From NCBI GenBank assembly GCA_944392945.1, contig CALXYJ010000001.1, forward strand, positions 116,257 to 180,256: a stretch of DNA of 64,000 nucleotides, read 5' to 3'. Within the stretch, counting starts at the first letter, position 1; every line of letters begins with the position of its first letter. Source of the DNA: an uncultured Clostridia bacterium. GTDB taxonomy: Bacteria; Bacillota; Clostridia; TANB77; CAG-508. Made by a program: the position numbers and the translations under genes. The notes beneath the pieces are model-generated. The model was given only the letters and a program-made list of their open reading frames with translations. It made no database searches and was not told the DNA's origin. This document shows positions 21,229 through 29,684 of the stretch, piece after piece.

Positions 21229-21276
21229 TTATTAACACACAATGAAAAGACGAGATGTTTCATTGTGTGTTAATAT
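21229..21276. terminator. Perfect 19-bp inverted repeat closing the queH-downstream array
   Basis: TTATTAACACACAATGAAA-10 nt-TTTCATTGTGTGTTAATAA. Confidence 0.7.
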
Positions 21277-21327
21277 TATCGATAATTATTTTTAGCAAAG
21301 AAAAATCTTTATAATATAGAAGAAATA

Positions 21328-21471
21328 ATGAAAAATAATAATTATATAAAAGAGTTGTCAAATATAATGTATATGGATTATAATTTTACTCAGAAAGAAA
21401 TAGCCGAAACACTAGGAGTGAATAAGTTAAAATTCATAGATTATTACATGAACTTTAAGGAACGTCCCTAA
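21328..21471 (+). pseudogene. Short HTH-like remnant (FTQKEIAETLGVNK)
   Basis: 47-codon ORF without a clear RBS. It carries a helix-turn-helix-like motif and ends inside a REP-like palindrome. Confidence 0.45.
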
Positions 21472-21477
21472 AGTTCA
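21448..21477. repeat. REP-like palindrome, copy 1
   Basis: ATGAACTTTAAGGAACGTCCCTAAAGTTCA. Its reverse complement matches 38806..38835 with one mismatch. Confidence 0.8.
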
Positions 21478-21492
21478 AAAGGAGGATATAAT

Positions 21493-22578
21493 ATGGATAA
21501 GCATATGAAGATAGAGGATTTTCAGGAAGATATTGATAAAAAGAACTATGATAAGGTGTATAAACAGATTGTTGAGCAAACTATGAAGTTGCTTAAACAA
21601 ATTGCTAAAAAATTTAAGATTGAGATTGATTTTAATGAGACACATGGCGACGAATATCCTTTTTTTGAAATTGAATATAATTTTGAAAGACAGAGCTATT
21701 CTTTTGAAAGTGTAAAATATATGATGTATTCTCTAGAAAATTGGGAAGAAGATCCAGATGATTTATTAAAAGAAACTCCAGATATTAAAATAAATAGATA
21801 TATCAATTATTATAATCAAATTATTAATACTTTGGAAGAACTGGAGAAAGTTGAAGAAGAAATAAAAGTAAAAGGTTATGAGAATTTAAAAAATGCAGAG
21901 ATAAAAAAATTAATAAAACTTTTTAAAGAGATGATGGAGTACAAGCATAAAAAATACGATGAAAATTGGGATTTTGAAACATGGTTAGATAAATTAGATG
22001 AAGCTTACCATTATTATCATAATGATTTTATGGATGCATATGAAATAGTAGAAAGAGGTTGTATTTCAAGAGAAGTAGATGCAGACTATGAGGTCATAAT
22101 AAAAACCACAAAAGCAGAAAGAATAATAGAGTTACGAACTTTATATGACTTTTTAACTTGGGATAAAGATGATTATAAAAATTATGCAAATTATTATAGA
22201 GATTATGAATTAAAAGAGGGACAAACTTATAAAGATTTATTTGATTTGGAAAAAGAAAAATTTGTAAAATTATTTAAAGAAATGCTTGAATTTGTAAAAT
22301 ATAAATATGAAAGCAATGATTTTTATGCATTAATGGTAGATATAAAAAATGCATATCCTTTTTATAGAAATTTAATTACACATTTAGATGTTGAATTGTC
22401 ACAACCATATACAACCTACATTGAAAATTTAGACTATATGGAAGATGTATATGAAAATCTTTCTAAGAATTATAAAAATTTTGACGAAAACATGAAGAAA
22501 TTTCAAGAGCAACAAAAAGATTTAGAACAAGAAATAGATGAAGGGTTTGGGGATGAAGAAGATGATGAATATATTTAA
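21493..22578 (+). CDS. Acidic helical hypothetical protein
   Basis: 361-aa ORF with RBS GGAGG. It has an internal repeat (KLIKLFKEMMEYKHKKYD / KFVKLFKEMLEFVKYKYE). Confidence 0.75.
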   Translation: MDKHMKIEDFQEDIDKKNYDKVYKQIVEQTMKLLKQIAKKFKIEIDFNETHGDEYPFFEIEYNFERQSYSFESVKYMMYSLENWEEDPDDLLKETPDIKINRYINYYNQIINTLEELEKVEEEIKVKGYENLKNAEIKKLIKLFKEMMEYKHKKYDENWDFETWLDKLDEAYHYYHNDFMDAYEIVERGCISREVDADYEVIIKTTKAERIIELRTLYDFLTWDKDDYKNYANYYRDYELKEGQTYKDLFDLEKEKFVKLFKEMLEFVKYKYESNDFYALMVDIKNAYPFYRNLITHLDVELSQPYTTYIENLDYMEDVYENLSKNYKNFDENMKKFQEQQKDLEQEIDEGFGDEEDDEYI

Positions 22579-23014
22579 AAATATATTTGAATATTTTAAT
22601 ATGGATAATAGAAAAAATCGTAATGAATTACGATCAAGACAACAAGATGATTTTGAAACTAAATATGGTCAATATAAATTTCTAATATCAAGTGATACTG
22701 CCTATGAAATAGCTTGTCAAAATGAAAATTTAAAAACAGATTATTGTAGAGCTAATAGAAAAAGCTATTCATATATTGGGTTTAGAGATAAAAGAATTGA
22801 CCTTGTAGAAATTGATCAGCGATTATATTGGAAAATTCAAATATTAGATTGTGATATTTCGGGAATAGATTTTGAAAAAGGTGAAACAGTGTTCTGGGAT
22901 GGATTTGTCCCAGATAAAGATTTATATAAATTAAAATGTTTAATAGATGTAGAAACAGGAGAATATATATATTATCCTAGAAAAGATAAAAAAATTAGAG
23001 GCACTAGATTTTAA
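22538..23014 (+). CDS. Hypothetical protein (true start probably near 22562-22565)
   Basis: The ORF overlaps the end of the previous gene and ends in 'CLIDVETGEY'. Confidence 0.65.
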   Translation: MKGLGMKKMMNIFKNIFEYFNMDNRKNRNELRSRQQDDFETKYGQYKFLISSDTAYEIACQNENLKTDYCRANRKSYSYIGFRDKRIDLVEIDQRLYWKIQILDCDISGIDFEKGETVFWDGFVPDKDLYKLKCLIDVETGEYIYYPRKDKKIRGTRF

Positions 23015-23060
23015 ATATAAGTATAAATTAATAAAAAGTAACATAAAAAATAAATGAAAC

Positions 23061-23110
23061 ATAATATATAAAAACCTATGTACAAAAATACATAGGTTTT
23101 TATATATTAT
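23061..23110. terminator. Perfect 22-bp inverted repeat
   Basis: ATAATATATAAAAACCTATGTA-CAAAAA-TACATAGGTTTTTATATATTAT. Confidence 0.7.
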
Positions 23111-23236
23111 AAAGCTAATTTTTTTATAGCGAATCTTATATCTATTTTTTATTATATGTTTATTACATGTATTGATAATAAATATATAAGATATACCAAA
23201 TTTTTGATTTCTATATAGGAATAGGAGGTTAAATGT

Positions 23237-24202
23237 ATGAATAAAATAGGTTTAATAGGAAATACACCAATGATAAAAATTAATTATAAGTATAAGGGAA
23301 AAAGTAAATATATTTATACAAAATTAGAATATTTTAATTTAACTGGCAGTATAAAAGATAGAGTTGCTTTTTATATAATAAATAATGCAAAAAGAAGAGG
23401 AGATTTAAAAGACAGTATGCCAATTGTTGAGGCTACAAGTGGAAATACTGGAATTTCATTATCTGCATTAGGAGCTTTTTATAATCATAAAGTATATATT
23501 TTTATGCCAGATTGGGTAAGTAAAGAAAGAATAGAATTAATGGAAGGCTATGGAGCAAATGTCAAATTATTTTCAAAACAAGATGGTGGATTTTTAAGAT
23601 GTGTTAATGAATCTAAAAATTTTGCAGTATCTAAAAATGCATTTTTAGCGAATCAATTTTCTAATAAAGATAATTTTTTAGCACATTATGAAACAACAGG
23701 AGAAGAAATTATAAAAAATATCCCTGAAACACTATATGGATTTGTATCTGGAGTTGGAACAGGTGGAACTTTAATGGGAATTGGAACAAGATTAAAAGAA
23801 AAATTTAAAGATCTAAAAATAGTTGCAATAGAACCAGATAAAATGCCAATAATATCTAAGGGAATAATCTTAGGAGATCATAAGATAGAAGGAATAGGTG
23901 ATGAATTTGTTCCAGATTTATTAAATAAAAAAATTATAAATGATATTTTTTTAGTAAATGATGATGATGCTATTAATATGTCTAAGAAATTAGCAAAAGA
24001 CTTAGGATTAGGTGTTGGCATTTCTTCCGGAGCTAATTTAATAGGAGCTATATTATTAAACGAAAAAATTAATAAACCAGTAGTTACTGTATTTGCAGAT
24101 GACAATAAAAAATATTTATCTACAGAATTATTTAAGAAATCAGAAGTTAAAGAAGAATTTATATCTAATAATGTTAAATTTATAGATTATGAGTATATTT
24201 AA
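23237..24202 (+). CDS. PLP-dependent cysteine synthase family protein
   Basis: IGNTP, GSIKDR, EATSGNTG, GVGTGGT and GISSGAN motifs. Confidence 0.9.
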   Translation: MNKIGLIGNTPMIKINYKYKGKSKYIYTKLEYFNLTGSIKDRVAFYIINNAKRRGDLKDSMPIVEATSGNTGISLSALGAFYNHKVYIFMPDWVSKERIELMEGYGANVKLFSKQDGGFLRCVNESKNFAVSKNAFLANQFSNKDNFLAHYETTGEEIIKNIPETLYGFVSGVGTGGTLMGIGTRLKEKFKDLKIVAIEPDKMPIISKGIILGDHKIEGIGDEFVPDLLNKKIINDIFLVNDDDAINMSKKLAKDLGLGVGISSGANLIGAILLNEKINKPVVTVFADDNKKYLSTELFKKSEVKEEFISNNVKFIDYEYI

Positions 24203-24270
24203 GATATTAAGATTGATAAAAAGCAAAAAAGTCTGTATAATTTAATAGAACTAAAATTTAGGAGGACAAA

Positions 24271-25827
24271 ATGGCATTATTAGAGGTAGAAAATCTATCA
24301 CATTCATTTGGAGATAAAATATTATACAAAGATTCTTCTTTTGACCTATATAAAGGTGAACATATGGGAATAGTAGGACAAAACGGAGCGGGAAAAAGTA
24401 CTTTAATTAAGATTTTATTAAAAGAAATATTACCAGATAAAGGAGCTATAAAATGGCAAAATGGTATTACAATTGGACATTTAGACCAATATGCAATAGT
24501 AAATGAAGAGCAGACAATATTTGACTATTTAAGAACAGCTTTTAAAGATTTATATAAAATAAATGAAGATTTAAATAAATTATATGAAGAAATGACGGAA
24601 AGATATGATGAAAATATATTAAATAAAGTTTCTAAATATCAAGAATTATTAGAAGAAAAAAATTTTTATGCAATAGATAGTACAATACAAAAAGTTTCTA
24701 GTGGTTTAGGAATAACTGCTTTAGGATTAGATACAGTATTAAAAAATTTAAGTGGAGGTCAAAGAGCAAAAGTAATTTTAGCTAAATTACTTTTGCAAAA
24801 TCCGGAAGTACTAGTATTGGACGAGCCAACAAACTTTTTAGATAAAGAACATGTGGAATGGCTTTCTGAATATTTACAAGGTTTTAAAGGTGCATTTATA
24901 ATTGTGTCACATGATTTTGATTTTTTAGAGAAAGTTACTACATGTATATGTGATATAGAATTTAATAAAATAAAAAAATACAAAGGTACATATTCAAGCT
25001 TTTTAAAGCAAAAAGAATTATTAAGAGAAGATTATATAAGGCAATATAATTCACAACAAAAAGAAATAAAAAGATTAGAAGATTATATTGCCAAGAATAA
25101 AGTTAGAGCATCGACTGCACAAATGGCTAAAAGTAGAGAAAAAAAGCTAGAAAAAATGGAAAAAATAGAAAAGCCTACATTTACAAGCAAGCCACATTTT
25201 AGGTTTAATGGAATAGAAAGTACAGCACAAGTTATATTAGAGGTAAATGGATTAGAAGTAGGATATTATTATCCATTACTTCCAAAAATGAAATTTGATG
25301 TAAGAAACGAAGAAAAGTTGGTAATAACAGGTTTTAATGGAATAGGTAAATCAACACTATTAAAAACAATTTTAGGGGAAATAAAACCAATTTCTGGAGG
25401 TTTTAGATTTTCCGAAACAATTAAAAGTATAGGATATTATGAACAAGATTTAAAATGGGAAGATCCAGAAGATATACCACTTAATATTATTTCTAAAGAA
25501 TTTCCGAGACTAACACAAAAACAAGTTAGAAAACATTTAGCAGATTGTGGCATAAAAAAAGAACATGTAATGCAACCAATTTCTACTTTAAGTGGAGGAG
25601 AACAAGCAAAAGTAAAACTTTGTAAATTAGTTTTAAAACCTTGTAATTTATTAATTTTAGATGAGCCTACAAACCATCTTGATGCTGATACAAAAGAAGA
25701 ATTACAAAAAGCTCTAACAGAATTTAAGGGAACTATTATTTTAGTTTCGCATGAAGCTAGTTTTTATAAGGATTTGGCAACAAGAATTGTAAATATAGAA
25801 GATTTATGTATTAAAAAAATTAGATAA
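24271..25827 (+). CDS. ABC-F family ATP-binding protein
   Basis: Two ABC domains (GQNGAGKS, GFNGIGKS, LSGG, LDEPTN) and no TM segments. Confidence 0.92.
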   Translation: MALLEVENLSHSFGDKILYKDSSFDLYKGEHMGIVGQNGAGKSTLIKILLKEILPDKGAIKWQNGITIGHLDQYAIVNEEQTIFDYLRTAFKDLYKINEDLNKLYEEMTERYDENILNKVSKYQELLEEKNFYAIDSTIQKVSSGLGITALGLDTVLKNLSGGQRAKVILAKLLLQNPEVLVLDEPTNFLDKEHVEWLSEYLQGFKGAFIIVSHDFDFLEKVTTCICDIEFNKIKKYKGTYSSFLKQKELLREDYIRQYNSQQKEIKRLEDYIAKNKVRASTAQMAKSREKKLEKMEKIEKPTFTSKPHFRFNGIESTAQVILEVNGLEVGYYYPLLPKMKFDVRNEEKLVITGFNGIGKSTLLKTILGEIKPISGGFRFSETIKSIGYYEQDLKWEDPEDIPLNIISKEFPRLTQKQVRKHLADCGIKKEHVMQPISTLSGGEQAKVKLCKLVLKPCNLLILDEPTNHLDADTKEELQKALTEFKGTIILVSHEASFYKDLATRIVNIEDLCIKKIR

Positions 25828-25839
25828 ATAGGAGTTTTT

Positions 25840-26574
25840 ATGAAGAAAAAAATATTAATAGGAATTGCTATACTAATAATATTTGCAATTATATTATGTA
25901 TTTTATGGAAAAATGGGATAATTTTAGTAAATAATCCAGAAGAATATGGCTATACAATAAAAGGTGTTGATGTTTCTTCATATCAAGGAGAAATAGATTG
26001 GAATGTTTTGGCAAAGCAGAATATAGAATTTGCTTTTATAAAAGCAACAGAAGGAAGCTCATATGTAGATGAAAATTTTAAGAAAAATTTAGAAGGAGCA
26101 ATGAAAACAGATTTATTAGTTGGCGCATATCATTTCTTCAGCTATGACAGTACAGGAGAAGCTCAAGCTAATAACTTTATAAAAAATGTGCCAAAACAAA
26201 ATAATATGTTACCACCTGTTATAGATATAGAATTTTATGGTGATAAATATAAAAATATCCCAGATATTAGTACAACGCAAAAAGAGCTAACAGTAATGTT
26301 AGAAAGATTAGAAGAATATTATGAAAAAAAGCCAATTATATATGCAACAAATAAATCATATAATTTATACATAGTAGACAATTTTAATGATTATTATATT
26401 TGGATAAGAGATATATTTAAATTACCAAAATTAAAAGATAATAGAGAATGGACTTTCTGGCAATATACAGATAAAGCCGTTTTAAATGGTTATAAAGGAA
26501 AAGAAGATAAAATTGATATAAATGTATTTAATGGATCAATTGATGAGTTAAAAAAGATGACTAGTATATCTTGA
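25840..26574 (+). CDS. GH25 lysozyme/muramidase with N-terminal anchor
   Basis: GVDVSSYQG, IKATEG, GAYHFF, DIE and FWQY motifs. Confidence 0.9.
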   Translation: MKKKILIGIAILIIFAIILCILWKNGIILVNNPEEYGYTIKGVDVSSYQGEIDWNVLAKQNIEFAFIKATEGSSYVDENFKKNLEGAMKTDLLVGAYHFFSYDSTGEAQANNFIKNVPKQNNMLPPVIDIEFYGDKYKNIPDISTTQKELTVMLERLEEYYEKKPIIYATNKSYNLYIVDNFNDYYIWIRDIFKLPKLKDNREWTFWQYTDKAVLNGYKGKEDKIDINVFNGSIDELKKMTSIS

Positions 26575-26645
26575 ATATTTTAAAAAATAATTATATTATT
26601 GTAAGGAAAATCTTATAGAGATTACAAAAGAATAAAGGAGAGGGC

Positions 26646-28154
26646 ATGAAAAAAGGAACAAAGAATTTAATATTATTTTTTATTTTATTTGTAATAACAG
26701 GGGTTGTTTTTTGGAATTATATATCTATGCATTATGCAACAGATACATATAATATTATGAATATAGGATATGAAAAATATGCAATAGATAATTCTTTAAG
26801 TGATGGAAGAATATTTATGTTTTTAATAGGAATGTTTGCAAATTTAGTTAATATTCCTATTAATATTTATGTTATAACTCTAACAGTTTTAGCATTAATA
26901 ATATCATGTATTGCAGTTGTAGTTTTAAAAAATATGATAATGAAATTTTGTAGCAAAGAGACAATCTTGCAAGAAATTGTAGCAATTTTAATATCATATT
27001 GTACTATTTTTAATTTTATGTATGTAGAAAATTTATATTTTGTAGAATCTGCAGTTATGGCTTTTAGCATACTTGGTTATATATTAGCTGTAAAACAAAT
27101 TATAAATAAAAATAAATTTTACATATTAAAAGCAACAATTCTAGCAATATTAGCAACATTTTGTTACCAAGGAACAATTGGGCTATTTGCATTATATGGA
27201 GTAGTATTTTCTATAGCTAAAAATAAAAAGAATATAAAACAAATATTAAAAGATTTTGGAATAATAATTTTAATAACAATAGTATCATTTGCAGCAAATT
27301 TAATACAAATAAATATTGCAACAACCATAGCAGGAACAGTTCAAAAAAGATTAAATGGAATACAAAATTTGTTAGAAAATTTTGTATATGTTCTAAGAAA
27401 TTTTAATAATATGGTATTTAATACTATGTTTATAAAAAATTGTAATCTATTTCCTGAGTTTTTAATGTTAATGTTTATACTTATTATTATACTTATGACA
27501 GGATTTTATGAAATTAAGGAAAAAGAAGAAGGCTTAATTTTTTCATCATTTTTTATTTTTGCGGTAACTGTAATAATAACTTTTGCAATGTGCATTGTAA
27601 GTATTGCAAGTTATGATACAGGAAGAATACATAATCCAGTAGGTGCTTTAATAGGTGTTTTGTTTATGTATGTTTTTTGTGCAAGCGAGATATTTTCAAA
27701 AGATGGGATTATTAAATATTTAATTATATCAACATTAGTTGCATATAATGTTATTTTGATTGTAAATACAGTATCTTTATTATCACAGCACAAAAAAGTA
27801 AATGAATTAGAAAAAATACAGTGTGAAGGTTTAGAAGAATACATAGAAGAATATGAAGAAGAAAATAATGTAAAAATCACAGAAGCAAGATATTTTAAAT
27901 TATCCAATATGAAAAAATATGGGTTCTTTGAAGAAATAGAAAATGAATCTGTACTTACATATGATGGAGTAGCATGTACATGGTCAGCCATAGGAACAAT
28001 AAATTTTTATACAGGAAGAGATTTTGCAGACAACTATTTAGAGGCATATCCTAATAGAGATTTATTTTATGCATATGCCGCAAAAAGAAATTTAGGATAT
28101 GAGAAAAATTTTGTAATAATGGATAATATTTTGTATTTCTTAGCATATATTTAA
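26646..28154 (+). CDS. GtrII-like (GT-C) membrane glycosyltransferase
   Basis: MHYATDTY, DGR and YQG motifs with many TM helices. Paralog of the next gene. Confidence 0.65.
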   Translation: MKKGTKNLILFFILFVITGVVFWNYISMHYATDTYNIMNIGYEKYAIDNSLSDGRIFMFLIGMFANLVNIPINIYVITLTVLALIISCIAVVVLKNMIMKFCSKETILQEIVAILISYCTIFNFMYVENLYFVESAVMAFSILGYILAVKQIINKNKFYILKATILAILATFCYQGTIGLFALYGVVFSIAKNKKNIKQILKDFGIIILITIVSFAANLIQINIATTIAGTVQKRLNGIQNLLENFVYVLRNFNNMVFNTMFIKNCNLFPEFLMLMFILIIILMTGFYEIKEKEEGLIFSSFFIFAVTVIITFAMCIVSIASYDTGRIHNPVGALIGVLFMYVFCASEIFSKDGIIKYLIISTLVAYNVILIVNTVSLLSQHKKVNELEKIQCEGLEEYIEEYEEENNVKITEARYFKLSNMKKYGFFEEIENESVLTYDGVACTWSAIGTINFYTGRDFADNYLEAYPNRDLFYAYAAKRNLGYEKNFVIMDNILYFLAYI

Positions 28155-28169
28155 AAATTAGGTGATTTT

Positions 28170-29669
28170 ATGAAAAAATTAAAAAAAGATTATCTTATCT
28201 TTTTTGTAATATTTGTATTTTCTATAATTATGTATATAAACTGGCTTAGTATGCATTATGCTTCTGATACATATAATATTATGAATGTAGGGTATGAAAC
28301 ATATGCAACTAATTGGTCTTTAAAAGATGGAAGACTAATAATGTACTTAATTACAATAATCTTTGCAAAACTTAATCTGCCAATAGAAATATTTGTAATA
28401 GGAACTTTATTAGTGGCGATTTTAATATCTTGTATTTGTGTAATAAAATTAAAAAATATAATTACTGAGAATATTGAACTTAATATAAAAAAAGAAATTA
28501 TATTGGTTTTAGCAGTGTTTTTTACAATCTTTAATTTTATGTATATAGAAGATATGTATTTTGTAGAATCTGTAGTTATGGCTTTAAGTATATTACTCTT
28601 AACATATTCGGCAGATTTTATAGTAAATGCCAGATCTATTGGAAGTAGAATAAAGGCTTTAACATTAGCTATAATAGCAGTAATTGCATATCAAGGAACA
28701 ATTGGTTTTATTATAATTTTAACTTTTACAATTAGTTTACTAAAAAATAAAATTGAATTAGAAGGTAAAAAAGACATTATAAAGGCAAATCTGAGAAGAA
28801 TCATAATAGATTCTTTAATATCAGCGCTTTTTGCATTTATTGCAATTTGTTTAAACCTTTTAATTGTTAAAATCATCGGGGAGCTAACTGGACAAGTTCA
28901 AACAAGGATAGGAACTGTATCAGAAATTTTTAATAATTTAGAATATATATTAAAAAATTTTAATTCAATTTTAAAAGATAATGTTGGACTATTTCCAGTT
29001 AATCTATTATATACTTTTTTATTGATTAGTTTAATAGTTTCGTTAATATGTGACATAAAAACAAAAAGCAGAAGATTTTTAACTTTAAAATTGGTATGTA
29101 TAATTATTATAAGTATAATTAGTGCATTTATAGTTTCGATAGGAACTTTATCAAGTTTTTATACAGGAAGATTACATTATTGCATAGGAAGTATGATGGG
29201 ATTTGTCTTAATTTGTCTAATAATAGAAAATAAGGATGAATTTTTTGGAAAAATATTTAATTTAATTTTAATAATTTATGGAATTATTAGTATATGTAAT
29301 TGTATAATAGTTACATATCAACACAAAAAAGTTAATGAATATGAAAAATTAGAAGTAAAAAGTTTAAATAGATATATTGAAGAGTACGAAGAAGATAGCA
29401 ATATTAAGGTTCAAAATATAGCAATATATACTATAAGGGGACAAAGTAATAAAACATATTTTGCAGACATATCAAGAAAATCTGTGGTAACATATAATGC
29501 TTTAAGATGCAATTGGTCAGCAGATGGACTTATTAATTTCTATACTAAAAGAAACTTAGAAACAATAAATCTAAATACAAATTTATTAGAAGAATATATT
29601 ATGCAAAAAAATGAAAAAGGTTATGGAATTGTTAATAATACATTAATTGTAGAATGTTATATGTATTAG
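28170..29669 (+). CDS. GtrII-like (GT-C) membrane glycosyltransferase, tandem paralog
   Basis: MHYASDTYNIMN, DGR, FNFMY, YFVES, YQGTIG and QHKKVNE are shared with 26646..28154. Confidence 0.65.
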   Translation: MKKLKKDYLIFFVIFVFSIIMYINWLSMHYASDTYNIMNVGYETYATNWSLKDGRLIMYLITIIFAKLNLPIEIFVIGTLLVAILISCICVIKLKNIITENIELNIKKEIILVLAVFFTIFNFMYIEDMYFVESVVMALSILLLTYSADFIVNARSIGSRIKALTLAIIAVIAYQGTIGFIIILTFTISLLKNKIELEGKKDIIKANLRRIIIDSLISALFAFIAICLNLLIVKIIGELTGQVQTRIGTVSEIFNNLEYILKNFNSILKDNVGLFPVNLLYTFLLISLIVSLICDIKTKSRRFLTLKLVCIIIISIISAFIVSIGTLSSFYTGRLHYCIGSMMGFVLICLIIENKDEFFGKIFNLILIIYGIISICNCIIVTYQHKKVNEYEKLEVKSLNRYIEEYEEDSNIKVQNIAIYTIRGQSNKTYFADISRKSVVTYNALRCNWSADGLINFYTKRNLETINLNTNLLEEYIMQKNEKGYGIVNNTLIVECYMY

Positions 29670-29684
29670 GAAAGAAGGTTAATT

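Noticed and set aside
24271-25827. ABC-F protein as an antibiotic-resistance gene or as the frameshift factor
   Set aside because: Nothing in the sequence lets me assign a resistance subfamily or link it to the CGG sites.
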